This document shows, piece after piece, positions 37,721 through 48,514 of a stretch of 64,000 nt of DNA (its first letter is position 1; each line of letters opens with the position of its first letter). A program made the translations under genes and the position numbers. The stretch is taken from the NCBI GenBank assembly GCA_963702455.1, contig CAVPCV010000005.1:82371-146370 (forward strand). Direction: 5' to 3'. The stretch comes from an uncultured Methanosarcinales archaeon (GTDB lineage: Archaea; Halobacteriota; Methanosarcinia; Methanotrichales; Methanotrichaceae). A model generated the notes under the pieces. The model was not told the DNA's origin. It searched no databases and saw only the letters and a list, made by a program, of their open reading frames with translations.

Positions 37721-37874
37721 AGATTTGCATGGGAAGATCTCCCAAAAGAATTTATCCCATTATTGAGAAACAATGCAGTTTGATCATGAGAAAGCCTCAT
37801 TCTAAAACCTAAAGGTCATGCTTCAAGAAGAATCCCTGAATCCCTGAAAATAGTACCCTGAAAGAGGAGCGTTT

Positions 37875-38846
37875 ATGAATACGAATGATTCGGATAATGA
37901 TCTCAAAAAGAAATTAACCCCTATTCAGTATCGTGTGACGCAACAATGCGGTACAGAGCCGCCATTCCAGAATGAATTCTGGAATAATAAAAAACCGGGT
38001 ATCTATGTGGATGTGGTCTCAGGTGAACCGCTCTTCAGCTCGGAGGATAAATTTGATTCTGGAAGCGGCTGGCCCAGCTTCACAAAGCCCTTGAAGGAGG
38101 ACAATATTGTAGAGGATGTTGACAACAGCTACAATATGAGACGAGTAGAGGTGCAGAGCAAGATCGCCAGGTCTCATCTAGGCCATGTATTTGAAGATGG
38201 GCCTAAACCGTCAGGGATGCGCTACTGCATCAATTCCGCATCTTTGCGCTTTGTACCGGTGGAAGACATGGAAAAAGAGGGCTATGGCCAATACCTGAGC
38301 CAATTTGAAAAGGACGGGTCTAAAAATGGATCCTCTAAGGGCTCCCAGAAAGATGATTCGAATTACGAGCTGGCCACGTTTGCAGCCGGTTGTTTCTGGG
38401 GCGTGGAATCGGCTTTCAAACAGGTCAAAGGCGTGATAGAGACAACGGTTGGTTATACGGGCGGAACCGTTCCCAATCCCTCCTATAGAAGGGTTTGCAC
38501 CGGGATTACAGGTCATGCAGAGGCAGTATTGATAAAATATGATCCCAGGATCGTATCTTATCGAGAATTGCTTTCCCTATTCTGGAGGATACATGATCCT
38601 ACCACGCCCAACCGACAGGGTCCTGATGTCGGCACCCAGTACCGCTCCGCCATATTTTACCACAATGAGCTGCAAAAGAAGGACGCAGAAGAATCAAAAG
38701 AGGAATTTGACCGATCCGGAGCCTATACAAATCAAGCCACAACCCAGATAGTCCCGGCATCAAATTTCTATGAAGCTGAAGAGTATCATCAGGACTATTT
38801 TGAGAAACAGGGCGGAGGATCATGCCATGTATTGAGGCCAAAATAA
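37875..38846 (+). CDS. msrBA: Methionine sulfoxide reductase MsrB-MsrA fusion
   Basis: GWPSF, HLGHVF, RYCINS; GCFWG, GHAE, AEEYHQ motifs. Confidence 0.95.
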   Translation: MNTNDSDNDLKKKLTPIQYRVTQQCGTEPPFQNEFWNNKKPGIYVDVVSGEPLFSSEDKFDSGSGWPSFTKPLKEDNIVEDVDNSYNMRRVEVQSKIARSHLGHVFEDGPKPSGMRYCINSASLRFVPVEDMEKEGYGQYLSQFEKDGSKNGSSKGSQKDDSNYELATFAAGCFWGVESAFKQVKGVIETTVGYTGGTVPNPSYRRVCTGITGHAEAVLIKYDPRIVSYRELLSLFWRIHDPTTPNRQGPDVGTQYRSAIFYHNELQKKDAEESKEEFDRSGAYTNQATTQIVPASNFYEAEEYHQDYFEKQGGGSCHVLRPK

Positions 38847-38888
38847 GATGCACCACTGATCCTTCTCCAATTTTGGCTCCCAGAGAAA

Positions 38889-39044
38889 TTACTGCTGGAT
38901 TTCGACCCCATGATTTTCGAAGAACTCTTTTAATGCTTCTTCTATTACCTCGCTTTGAGCACGCATACTGCTTTTGGCCTGTACGGTATAAACCTTCAGG
39001 GTTTTGGCCACCGGTTCGGATAAGGTCAATGTAGTCTTAGGCAT
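38889..39044 (-). CDS. Small ribbon-helix-helix (CopG-like) protein, 51 aa, absent from the ORF track
   Basis: MPKTTLTLSEPVAKTLKVYTVQAKSSMRAQSEVIEEALKEFFENHGVEIQQ; GGAGA just upstream. Confidence 0.7.
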   Translation of the reverse strand: MPKTTLTLSEPVAKTLKVYTVQAKSSMRAQSEVIEEALKEFFENHGVEIQQ

Positions 39045-39551
39045 AATTCTCCATTGACTAGTTCTTATGCATATATACTTTCTGGTATATTGATCTATTT
39101 GTTATCAAAAACCTCTTTTTGGTTATTGAGGTGGAGACTTTTGAAATTTGGGCCTATGGCTTATGGAAAAAAATTTTATGAAGAAGGGGCACCTCTTTGA
39201 AAGTGCAAGACTGGGGTTCCTCGCTTTAACTTTATTATTATCAAGATTAACAAATAGAGATGCATATTTATGGAATGCAATTGTTCGGCGTTTTGCATAT
39301 TGTGCATTCAAATCGACTGCCTGCTGAAAAATCAATAGTATATAAAAAAAGTATGTGAATAGTAAAACATAAATAGTTACAAATAGAAGACAGTTCTATT
39401 ATGGCAAATCGCATTTACATGGGAAGGATTTGTCAATGTTTGGACCTATGCCTAGCGAATTATTGAGATAACTTTTTTAAATAGTTTACAAACTAATAGG
39501 ATTGTAGCAGGGATAGCTCCCATAACTACCCCCACGTAGAAACCTCTTGAA

Positions 39552-41039
39552 TCATTCCACTCGCTTGAAGTCAATGAACCCCAGCGTCACATCCACCGAC
39601 ATCAGCTCTACAGTGATCTGATCTCCCACGTCAATGCCCTTTCTTCCGCTCTTCAGCATTCCTTCCACTGGAATATCCAGCAGCCTGACCCAGGTGCCCT
39701 TCTCGGCTGAGCCGGTTACCATGGCTGAAAATCTCTCACCAATTCTCGGTTCAAGGAGAAGAGCAGCGGCGGACTTGCCCACCTGTCGCTCCACCTTGGT
39801 GACAATATCCTCTTTCTTGGTGCAGTTCTCTGCCAGAAAATCCAGCTCTTTCAGACTGTATGGTATCGGCTTTTTCTCAATGGCCGCCTTGAGCAGGCGC
39901 TGGGTGATCAGATCAGGATAGCGCCTATTGGGAGCAGTAGAGTGAGTGTAGTCCTTGACCGCCAGGCCGAAATGACCCTCTGCCTCCTCTCCGGGCATCT
40001 CTGCCACGTACTCTCCATTTCCGAGAAGCTTGATCACTGCCAGAGATAGATCGGGAAAACGAAGTGGATCGGCCTTCTTCATCATGGTGAGAAATATCTC
40101 CAGCTTTCTGGAGTTCGGATTCGTGGGAAGCTTAAAGGCGTGAACGGCTGCGATCTCCACAATTCGATCCCACCTTCTGGGGACGCGCACTACTCTGCGA
40201 ATGGAAGGAATACCACGCTCTGCCAGGTAGCGGACAGTCACTCCGTTGGCGGCAATCATGAAGTCCTCGATGATCTGCTTGGCCCTGTTTGTCTCTTCCA
40301 CCAGCAAATCGGAGATCTTCTCTCCCTTGAAGACTGGTTTGGCCTCGATGGTCTCCAGGCTGAGAGCACCCTGTGCATGCCGGAGGCTCTTCATCATCTG
40401 AGCTACTCTATCCTGGAGAAGCAGGTTCTCGGCCAGACCGTTCTCGGCTGCAACTGCCGTCAGCACGGGTGTCTTCCCCTCCAGCCATGCAGCCACGCTA
40501 TTGTAGGCAAGTTTGGCATGATTGCGTACCACTGCTCGGTAGACATCCGAGTCGAGCAAAGATCCGTCCGGAGCAATCGTCATATCCACCACCACAGCCA
40601 GACGGTCCTGGTTCGGGTTCAGGGAGGTGAAGTTGGTGGAGAGCTTCAAAGGCAGCATTGGAAAAATCTGGGCGGCGGTGTAGACAGAAGTAGTGTTGTG
40701 CTGTGCATCGCGGTCGATGGCAGAATCCTTCTTGACCAGGGCATCCACATCCGCCACAGCTACCCGGATCCTCGTTTTTCCCTCCGAGAGAGGCTCGGCA
40801 ACAGTCAACTGATCCAGATCTTCTGAGTCGTCATTATCAATGGAAGCCCAGAGCAGATTCCTTAGATCGCGGGCATGCAAGGCACCTTCTGCCCTTGCAG
40901 GAGCATGGATTTGGGCAAGTTCTGCGACGCATTCGGCGGAGAAGGCGGGGAGAAGTCCTCGCAGGAGCATGGTTCCTCTGGCGATCTTTTGCAGGACGGT
41001 CCGGTTCTGGGTTTCTTGTTTTTTGCCGATGATATTCAT
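39552..41039 (-). CDS. RNB-domain exoribonuclease (RNase II/R family) with S1 domain
   Basis: SIDNDDSEDLDQ, IEDFMIAAN, HFGLA..YTHSTAPNRRYPDL motifs. Confidence 0.9.
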   Translation of the reverse strand: MNIIGKKQETQNRTVLQKIARGTMLLRGLLPAFSAECVAELAQIHAPARAEGALHARDLRNLLWASIDNDDSEDLDQLTVAEPLSEGKTRIRVAVADVDALVKKDSAIDRDAQHNTTSVYTAAQIFPMLPLKLSTNFTSLNPNQDRLAVVVDMTIAPDGSLLDSDVYRAVVRNHAKLAYNSVAAWLEGKTPVLTAVAAENGLAENLLLQDRVAQMMKSLRHAQGALSLETIEAKPVFKGEKISDLLVEETNRAKQIIEDFMIAANGVTVRYLAERGIPSIRRVVRVPRRWDRIVEIAAVHAFKLPTNPNSRKLEIFLTMMKKADPLRFPDLSLAVIKLLGNGEYVAEMPGEEAEGHFGLAVKDYTHSTAPNRRYPDLITQRLLKAAIEKKPIPYSLKELDFLAENCTKKEDIVTKVERQVGKSAAALLLEPRIGERFSAMVTGSAEKGTWVRLLDIPVEGMLKSGRKGIDVGDQITVELMSVDVTLGFIDFKRVE

Positions 41040-41193
41040 GAATTATCCTCCATCTCAACGAACTCAATTGATATAAATATTAAGCCTGCATGCCAGTATT
41101 CGTTGATAATCAGCTCCAAGCACCCATTAATTCCTGACAGCAAACCTGGCAGAAGCTAGCTGAAACGCTTGATGCTTTGATATCCGCGTTTCA

Positions 41194-41685
41194 TCAAATA
41201 TTCTCTCCCTGGTACTTTCCAGAGTACAACTTATCCGCCTCTCTCTCCAGCCGCAGGAATACAAGCTGCATCAGCCGGGCATTCTTCTTCAGCCGCAGGC
41301 CCAGTGGATTGTAGACCACGAGCAGGCTCTGGCTTCGACCCCGGTAGCCTGGATCCCAGAGAGCTGTCTCCAGAGTGGCACCGCAGCGAAGGAGTGTGGA
41401 GCGCGCCCTTGCCAGGGCAGCCACATCCTGGGGGATAATTACGATCTCATTGAAGGTAACCAGGTATGAGCCCGCTGAGAGATCGATCCAATTCATTTCA
41501 TCGAAACTCAAAGGCTCCGTCTCAGGCAGCTTTCGCTCCTTATTGTCGAAGGCCACGGCACCACTCGAGATGAAGCGCTCGATCTTCTGCAGGGTCAGCT
41601 CCATGCCGCACATCTGCGTCTGCGTTTCGGGGTCGATCATGGATTCGACCAGGACTCGAGCCTCGCTGCCAGTAAGAATAGACAT
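41194..41685 (-). CDS. dut: dUTP diphosphatase (trimeric dUTPase family)
   Basis: RSTLLRCG, WDPGYRG, YSGKYQGE motifs. Confidence 0.88.
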   Translation of the reverse strand: MSILTGSEARVLVESMIDPETQTQMCGMELTLQKIERFISSGAVAFDNKERKLPETEPLSFDEMNWIDLSAGSYLVTFNEIVIIPQDVAALARARSTLLRCGATLETALWDPGYRGRSQSLLVVYNPLGLRLKKNARLMQLVFLRLEREADKLYSGKYQGENI

Positions 41686-41800
41686 GCCAAATCACCAGAA
41701 TTTCGTACCTTTTTGTTGAATTTCCGCTCAGGCCATAAACATTGTGCACGCCAGATAGATCTATTAACCTAGCAGATATAACCATCCTGGAGCTCAATCT

Positions 41801-42565
41801 TTGTTCGAAATTCTCTACCTACCACTCAGCATCATCATCATGCTGCTCCTATTAGCTGCGCCTATAATCTTCATCTACCTCTTCTTGCGTCTCTCTGAGA
41901 CCGCCTTCGAAATAGTGGGCTTCAGCCACTGGAATGCAACTCTGGCCGTTTTTGGCTGCATCCTGGGAAGCCTGGTGGATGTGCCCCTCATGAGAGTTCC
42001 CGTCTCCGCCTACCCTGCCTGGTATGTGACAGTGATGAGCCTGTATCCTCAGAGCTTTCCCACCACATTCCATTCCCTCTACCTTGCCGTCAATCTGGGT
42101 GGATGCGTCATACCGCTGGCCATCTCGGCAAGCCTTCTCATAAACCGCCAGGCCTCCATTGGCAAGTCCTTCCTTGGCATTGCAGTGGTGGCGGCCATTA
42201 CCTATTATGTCGCCGAGGCCATTCCTGGCCAGGGCATAGTCCTGCCCTTCTGGCTAGCGCCTCTTCTGGCCGCAGTCACGGGCCTGGCACTGGCGGGCGG
42301 CTACCGCGGCTCTGCGCCCCTGGCCTACATCAGCGGCACCATTGGGACGCTGATTGGAGCGGACATCCTCAGCATCCTCACGCCAGGAATCCTGCCCGCC
42401 CTATCGCCGCTGGAGCTGGTCCGGACAAAGCCTCTGGTCCTATCCATCGGCGGAGCTGGCGTCTTTGACGGCATATTCCTGACGGGCATCATCGCCGTAC
42501 TCCTCGCTGCTGGCATCGTCTGTCTCCTGCGCGGCACATGCAAAGATGTGAACAACGGATTATAA
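41801..42565 (+). CDS. DUF1614-family membrane protein
   Basis: AVNLGGCVIP, GTLIGADI, SIGGAGVFDGIF motifs. Confidence 0.88.
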   Translation: MFEILYLPLSIIIMLLLLAAPIIFIYLFLRLSETAFEIVGFSHWNATLAVFGCILGSLVDVPLMRVPVSAYPAWYVTVMSLYPQSFPTTFHSLYLAVNLGGCVIPLAISASLLINRQASIGKSFLGIAVVAAITYYVAEAIPGQGIVLPFWLAPLLAAVTGLALAGGYRGSAPLAYISGTIGTLIGADILSILTPGILPALSPLELVRTKPLVLSIGGAGVFDGIFLTGIIAVLLAAGIVCLLRGTCKDVNNGL

Positions 42566-42974
42566 AAGAAATGATGCAAACCAGGACATGAATCTCAGAA
42601 AAAGGCGGAGCACACCTCCATCAAGAATCATTTCTTCGCCGCATAGGAGCGTTGCAGATTGGGCAATGTGGGGGGGTTAGGAAATAGTATATCAAATAGA
42701 AGATGCCTAAACCGTAAACGCACCCTTTCCAGGTAAAATACTTTATCGGCTTTACCTTTTCGTGACAATATTCACAAAACGCCATAAATCCTCGATTTAA
42801 GATTTGAGTTAGGATGAAGGTAGTTCAGCAATATTCATCATTAATAAGGTGGTACTTGATTTAATATAAGCTTCTTTCGGATACAATCATACGAATCTAT
42901 CATACTCAGGGAAAACAAAATAAATGGGGAGCGCACAATCCTACTTAAAAAAGTTTTCGCGGATGGTGCGATCA

Positions 42975-43364
42975 ATGAAGCTAATTGGAAAGTCGATATT
43001 AATCATATTGGTGGCTGCACTATTGTTGCCTGCACTGACTTCTGGAATCGGCAATATTGAATACCGTCCTGCAGAAAAGGTTGCGGAGGATCTCTTCTAT
43101 AAAGGCATCGGAAAGCCGTGGGTAGGCGGTGATCCTTTTAAGTCGACCTCAGGTACGGATCATGCCTGGGTTCACGGTGCCCCAACACCTTCCACCAGCT
43201 ATCAGATCATGGGATACCTTGATGTATGCAGTAGCTTGATTATTGCGCCAGATGTCGGAAATAGCATTCTGCTAAAGCCGGGTGCGGGGAGATATCCGGT
43301 TTATGCATACTTCAATGGCGACAAAATGACAGGGATTTTCATCGATTTCAGCTCATCCGGCTAG
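42975..43364 (+). CDS. Exported hypothetical protein
   Basis: Signal peptide MKLIGKSILIILVAALLLPALTS; G.GRYPVYA motif. Confidence 0.6.
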   Translation: MKLIGKSILIILVAALLLPALTSGIGNIEYRPAEKVAEDLFYKGIGKPWVGGDPFKSTSGTDHAWVHGAPTPSTSYQIMGYLDVCSSLIIAPDVGNSILLKPGAGRYPVYAYFNGDKMTGIFIDFSSSG

Positions 43365-43506
43365 ATCAAGGGAGTATACCCCGCCTGAAGAGTGATAAAT
43401 TGAGCAATGATGTGCCTCTGCCACAATCCTAATATTTTTTTAGCATGCAACCCTTTCGCCTTCTCTACCAGGAATAGGTTCAGTATCGATTGTGGACGAT
43501 TCTCAA

Positions 43507-43953
43507 TTATAGCCGCTTCTCCAATGAGAGCAGGTTCAGCCCCGTCTTCTCGTCCCAGATTCTCTCTGCCTTCAGGCCGGAAAACTCGAATAGGACCACC
43601 TCCACAATAAGATAGACCTCCGCTCTTTCCCGGATGCAGCCTACGATCGTCTGAGGGCCTCGTCCCAGACCGGAATGAATATGCAATTTCGGTCCTTCAC
43701 CGGAAGGGTAAACCGTCGCCATGCCGAAGACCTCCCAGGCGCTCTCAAAGCTTTCATAGTGAGGAACCGGCGGAATTACCGGCATTTCCGGCCCGGTTAC
43801 AGCCCGACCATCGCGGAGGGCACCCATGAAAAGAGCCATGCATGACTCGATCTTCTTCTCCGGCACGAACTTTTGTAGCGATGCAATCAGGTCTTCACCG
43901 TGGTCCATCCTCAGGACGAAGACCCTCCCCAGATTGCCTTCTGAATACTGCAT
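43507..43953 (-). CDS. PPC/DUF296 domain protein
   Basis: GRVFVLRMDHGEDL, KLHIH motifs. Confidence 0.85.
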   Translation of the reverse strand: MQYSEGNLGRVFVLRMDHGEDLIASLQKFVPEKKIESCMALFMGALRDGRAVTGPEMPVIPPVPHYESFESAWEVFGMATVYPSGEGPKLHIHSGLGRGPQTIVGCIRERAEVYLIVEVVLFEFSGLKAERIWDEKTGLNLLSLEKRL

Positions 43954-44107
43954 GACAAACCTCAATCTCTCTTTGATCCTTCTTATGTTTGAGAACCTCG
44001 TTCTTGGTCTGCCCCAAACCATTTAACCATATGGTCACAAGAAATAATAATCATCGCCCGGGAATATGGTATGGGAAAAATGGCGGTCTGAGCGTGAGGT
44101 GATAATC

Positions 44108-45439
44108 ATGCCTGTGAATCCCAAGAGGGTAAGAACCTTCTCCGAAGGGGAAGAGAAGAAAGGCCCCGTTGTCTTCTGGATGAGCCGTGACCAGCGCGCC
44201 CGCGACAACTGGGCACTTATCTACGCCCAGGAGTTAGCCCAAAAGCGCGACTCAGCCCTGGCCGTGGCCTTCTGCCTCGCCCCGGAGTTCCTGGGAGCGT
44301 CGGGCAGGCAATACGGCTTCATGTTGAAAGGGCTTCGTGAGGTAGAGCAGAGCCTGGAAGCGTTGAACATTCCCTTTTTCCTGCGGCAAGGCGATCCCGG
44401 GCGCGAGATTCCGGATCTCTTGAGCGACCTTGGTGCCGGTGCCCTGGTATCCGACTTTTCTCCTCTGCGACAGAGCCTGGAATGGAAGACGGCTGTGGCA
44501 GAAGAGATCAGTCTTCCTTTTTACGAGGTTGATGCCCATAACATAATTCCATGCTGGTTTGCCTCTCCCAAACAAGAGTGGGCCGCCTACAGCTTCCGGC
44601 CACGGGTCCACCGTCTCCTCTCCGAGTTCCTGGTGGAGTTCCCGGCGATGCATCGAAATTCTTCGCCATGGAGAGACGAGCCTGAAAATGATTGGGATGC
44701 TTTGCAGAGGAGTATCCAAGCGTACAATGTTCCCGATGTGAATTGGATTGTGCCGGGTGAGAACGCCGCTGCAAAACATCTGTGGAACTTTTTGGAGCGG
44801 AAGCTCTCCCTTTATGAAGCTGATAGGAATAATCCCAACCTTGACGGCCAGTCAAACCTTTCCCCATATCTGCACTTTGGCCAGATAGCATCTTCGCGAG
44901 TGGCCTCGGAAGTCATAAAGAGCATGAAAGACGCCGGAGCATTCCTGGAAGAGCTGATCGTGCGCAGGGAACTGTCGGACAACTTTTGCTATTATAATAA
45001 AAACTACGATAACCTGCAGGGTTTTCCTGCCTGGGCGAGATTGACCCTGGAAGAGCATTCCAGGGACAGGAGAGAGTACCTCTACACCGTAGAAGAGCTG
45101 GAGAGGGCCCGCACTCACGACGATCTCTGGAATGCGGCTCAACTGGAGATGGTCCAGCGTGGTAAGATGCATGGCTACATGAGGATGTACTGGGCCAAAA
45201 AGATCCTGGAGTGGACACCATCTCCGGCAGAGGCGCTGCGCGCGGCCATCTATCTCAATGACAGGTATGAATTGGACGGCAGAGATCCCAATGGCTATGT
45301 GGGAGCTGCCTGGAGCATCGGAGGGGTTCATGATCGCGCCTGGAAGGAGAGAGCGATCTATGGCAAAGTGCGCTATATGAGCTACGACGGTTCAAAGAGG
45401 AAGTTCGATGTGACTGGTTATATAAACTCCTGGAAATAG
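44108..45439 (+). CDS. phr: Class II CPD photolyase
   Basis: WMSRDQRARDNWAL, SPYLHFG, HGYMRMYWAKK, DGRDPNG motifs. Confidence 0.95.
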   Translation: MPVNPKRVRTFSEGEEKKGPVVFWMSRDQRARDNWALIYAQELAQKRDSALAVAFCLAPEFLGASGRQYGFMLKGLREVEQSLEALNIPFFLRQGDPGREIPDLLSDLGAGALVSDFSPLRQSLEWKTAVAEEISLPFYEVDAHNIIPCWFASPKQEWAAYSFRPRVHRLLSEFLVEFPAMHRNSSPWRDEPENDWDALQRSIQAYNVPDVNWIVPGENAAAKHLWNFLERKLSLYEADRNNPNLDGQSNLSPYLHFGQIASSRVASEVIKSMKDAGAFLEELIVRRELSDNFCYYNKNYDNLQGFPAWARLTLEEHSRDRREYLYTVEELERARTHDDLWNAAQLEMVQRGKMHGYMRMYWAKKILEWTPSPAEALRAAIYLNDRYELDGRDPNGYVGAAWSIGGVHDRAWKERAIYGKVRYMSYDGSKRKFDVTGYINSWK

Positions 45440-45556
45440 ACTCCAGGGAACGCTATAAACTGCCGACAGTTTGATGTAGAGCGAAAACGACAGATTTACT
45501 ACTTTAAAAAGGGGCCGTTCGTTTGTCAGGGCCTTAAAATGCAAGGATGTTCTCTC

Positions 45557-46165
45557 ATGAATGGCAGAAATGTTCAACCCAGCATCTGGTATTACGGCCT
45601 GGCCGTGCTGGTAATAATCATCGGATTTCTCGCATTTGCAGGGCTTATCTACTCCGGAATCTCAAATATCGAAAGCGGCCTGGTGCAGATGATGGCACCC
45701 GGAAATGCGGACCTGGATCTCAAGGAGCCAGGAGAATATACCCTCTTTTACGAGAATCATAGCTACTTCAATGGCAGCATCTACAATACAGCCGAGCAGA
45801 TACCAGCGCTCCAGATTGTTGTGTCGGAGAAGGCATCAGGCCAGACTCTGGCCACTTATCCGGCTTCGGGCAGCACCTATTCCATGGGCGGCCGCACCGG
45901 CCGGTCTGTCATGGCCTTCAAAGTGGAAGAGCCAGGTATCTATTGGATCAATGCGTCCTATCCCAAGGAACCCGGTCCCGAGGTTGTCCTGGCAGTAGGA
46001 AAAGGGTTCATGGACGGCATTTTCTATTTGGTATTCGCAGCCGTAGCGCTCCTTTTCGGCTCAATCGCGATTGCGGCCATCGTCTCCTACATAACCTACA
46101 CCAGAAGAAAAAAGGCCCTTTTGTCGCAAAAAGAAGAAGAGAGACAGATCCGGGGAGGACCATAA
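45557..46165 (+). CDS. Membrane protein with two TM helices around an extracellular domain
   Basis: Hydrophobic segments at both ends. Confidence 0.65.
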   Translation: MNGRNVQPSIWYYGLAVLVIIIGFLAFAGLIYSGISNIESGLVQMMAPGNADLDLKEPGEYTLFYENHSYFNGSIYNTAEQIPALQIVVSEKASGQTLATYPASGSTYSMGGRTGRSVMAFKVEEPGIYWINASYPKEPGPEVVLAVGKGFMDGIFYLVFAAVALLFGSIAIAAIVSYITYTRRKKALLSQKEEERQIRGGP

Positions 46166-46169
46166 GCCT

Positions 46170-46679
46170 CTACCATCCATTATAGTGCACCTTCTCTTCT
46201 CTGTATCTCTCTGGAGTTGGGGGCGTCTCATCCGGGTATCCCAGCGCTACAAGGGCAAATGGAGTGATCTCCGGAGGTAGGCTGAGCAGCCTTCGAAAAG
46301 CCTCCACCCGGTCTTTGAGAGGATAGACACCGGCCCAGACCGCGCCAAGGCCCGAGGCATGAGCAGCCAGCAAGAGATTTTCCACCGCCGCAGAGCAATC
46401 CTGCACCCAAAATCCCGGATACTTCTCCAGCGTCGCATCTCCACAAACCAGCACTGCGGTTGTCGACTGCCTGCACATGGAGGCTGTGGAGCAAATCTTC
46501 GGCACCTCATCCAGAATCTTGCGTTCATCCAGCACCACAAACTGCCAGGGCTGCTCATTTCCCGCAGAGGGAGCAAACATGGCCGCCTCCAGCAGCTCTT
46601 TAATTATCTCGCGGGAGATGAGCTGGGGCTTAAATTTCCTGATGCTCCTGCGAGTCTTGATAGCATCCAGAGTTTCCAT
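46170..46679 (-). CDS. Nitroreductase family protein
   Basis: RRSIRKF, APSAGNEQPW, GLGAVW motifs. Confidence 0.92.
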   Translation of the reverse strand: METLDAIKTRRSIRKFKPQLISREIIKELLEAAMFAPSAGNEQPWQFVVLDERKILDEVPKICSTASMCRQSTTAVLVCGDATLEKYPGFWVQDCSAAVENLLLAAHASGLGAVWAGVYPLKDRVEAFRRLLSLPPEITPFALVALGYPDETPPTPERYREEKVHYNGW

Positions 46680-46896
46680 TGGTAATACCTTCAATTGAAT
46701 ATGATAGTTTGTAGTCATTGTTTGTATAAATCTATATGCTTACTCTTGGGTTCTGATCATTATCCTTTTTTCATTATCTTTGGGACCAAATGCTGTAACG
46801 ATCGTTATCGGCCGCACACATTCAAAGCTTCGGATAGACTTAAGTATCATTGTGCCGTGAATTGGTACCGGATGAACCTTACATTACAATGAGTTT

Positions 46897-48513
46897 ATGG
46901 GGCATGATAGTTTGGCACCTTTTATCGAGATTCGGGATCTGACAGTTCGATTCGGTGACGTTGTAGCTCTTCGCAATATAAATCTGATTATAGAGGAGGG
47001 CGAGTCGGTAGGCATTTTGGGAAGGAGCGGCTCCGGCAAGAGCGTCCTGATGCATGTTTTGCGCGGCGTAGAGTCGTTCCCAGGGCTGAGCGGAAGCGTG
47101 ATCTTCCATGTGGCCAGGTGCGATAAATGCCACCATGTGGAGCCGCCCAGTCACACGGGAGAGAAGTGCAAATGCGGCGGCGTCCTTCTGCATTTTGACG
47201 CCGATTTTGTGGCATTAGACATAAATGATCCTCTCCGGCGCGATATTGTAAAGCGGATCGCCATAATGCTGCAAAGGACCTTTGCCCTCTACGGTGACGA
47301 GCGAGTGATAGTGAACGTCATGCGGGCGGTGGAGGAGACGGGAGACACCATGAGCGTTCACGTTGCCGCCGACCTGCTGGATGAGGTCAACCTTTCTCAC
47401 CGGCTGATGCATGTTGCCAGAGAGCTATCTGGCGGAGAAAAGCAGCGTGTGGTTCTGGCTCGCCAGCTCGCCAAGTCGCCCATGGTCCTCCTGGCAGATG
47501 AGCCTACAGGAACTCTCGATCCTGCCACGGCCAGAGTTGTGCACGATTCCATCAAGCGTGCCGTCCGTGACTTCAAGATGACCCTCATCATCACCAGCCA
47601 CTGGGAGGATGTCATGGTCGAGCTGACCCAGAGAGCCATCCTGCTGGATCAGGGAGAGATCAGGGCAGAAGGTAAGCCAAAAGATGTAGCGGCTCAATTC
47701 CTGGCCATGGCCGGAGAACTCGGCAAGCGTGAAGATGTTAAGGTAGGAGCGCCCATAGTCAAGGCCAATGGTTTGGCAAAGAGGTACATCAGCATTGATC
47801 GGGGCGTGGTGAAGGCCGTGGACAATGTGAGCCTGGAAATAAATGAGGGTGAGATCTTCGGCCTGGTCGGCGTTTCAGGTGGCGGCAAGACTACTCTCTC
47901 CAAGATGCTGAGCGGAATTATCACACCCACCGGCGGCAGTGTCTCGGTGCGAGTAGGAGACGAATGGGTTGATATGACCGTATTGGGGTCTAACGGTCGC
48001 GGTCGCGCTACCAAATATATTGGCATTCTCCACCAGGAGTACACTCTTTATCCCTCCCGCAGCGTTATCGAGAACCTGACGGAGGCCATAGGCCTTTCCC
48101 TGCCTTTCGAACTGGCAGAGAGGAAAGCCATCCATACCCTGGAGACGGTAGGATTTGGAGAGGAGCAGGCAGAGACTGTGCTCGAAAAGATGCCTGATGA
48201 GCTATCCGAGGGAGAAAGGCACCGGGTTGCAATGGCGCAGGTACTGATAAAAGAGCCAAGAATAGTCGTCCTGGATGAGCCTACAGGAACCATGGATGCC
48301 ATAACCAAGATCGAGGTCACAAAATCCATCCTCAACGCCCGGGAAGAGCTGGGCGAGACGTTTATAATTGTGAGCCACGACATGGATTTTGTTAAGAATA
48401 TCTGCGACCGGGCCATGCTCATGCGCAATGGTAAGGCAATTTTCACAGGCACTCCCGATGAAGTTATGGCCAAGATAACAGAAGAGGAAGAGAAGGAGAT
48501 GCTGGGGAGTTAA
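46897..48513 (+). CDS. atwA: Methyl-coenzyme M reductase system component A2 (double ABC ATPase)
   Basis: Two ABC domains, CxxC/CxC insert, IMLQRTFALYG, LHQEY motifs. Confidence 0.95.
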   Translation: MGHDSLAPFIEIRDLTVRFGDVVALRNINLIIEEGESVGILGRSGSGKSVLMHVLRGVESFPGLSGSVIFHVARCDKCHHVEPPSHTGEKCKCGGVLLHFDADFVALDINDPLRRDIVKRIAIMLQRTFALYGDERVIVNVMRAVEETGDTMSVHVAADLLDEVNLSHRLMHVARELSGGEKQRVVLARQLAKSPMVLLADEPTGTLDPATARVVHDSIKRAVRDFKMTLIITSHWEDVMVELTQRAILLDQGEIRAEGKPKDVAAQFLAMAGELGKREDVKVGAPIVKANGLAKRYISIDRGVVKAVDNVSLEINEGEIFGLVGVSGGGKTTLSKMLSGIITPTGGSVSVRVGDEWVDMTVLGSNGRGRATKYIGILHQEYTLYPSRSVIENLTEAIGLSLPFELAERKAIHTLETVGFGEEQAETVLEKMPDELSEGERHRVAMAQVLIKEPRIVVLDEPTGTMDAITKIEVTKSILNAREELGETFIIVSHDMDFVKNICDRAMLMRNGKAIFTGTPDEVMAKITEEEEKEMLGS

Positions 48514-48514
48514 T

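Noticed and set aside
44108..45439. Photolyase in a strict anaerobe as a novelty
   Set aside because: Class II photolyases are already characterised in methanogens such as Methanosarcina mazei
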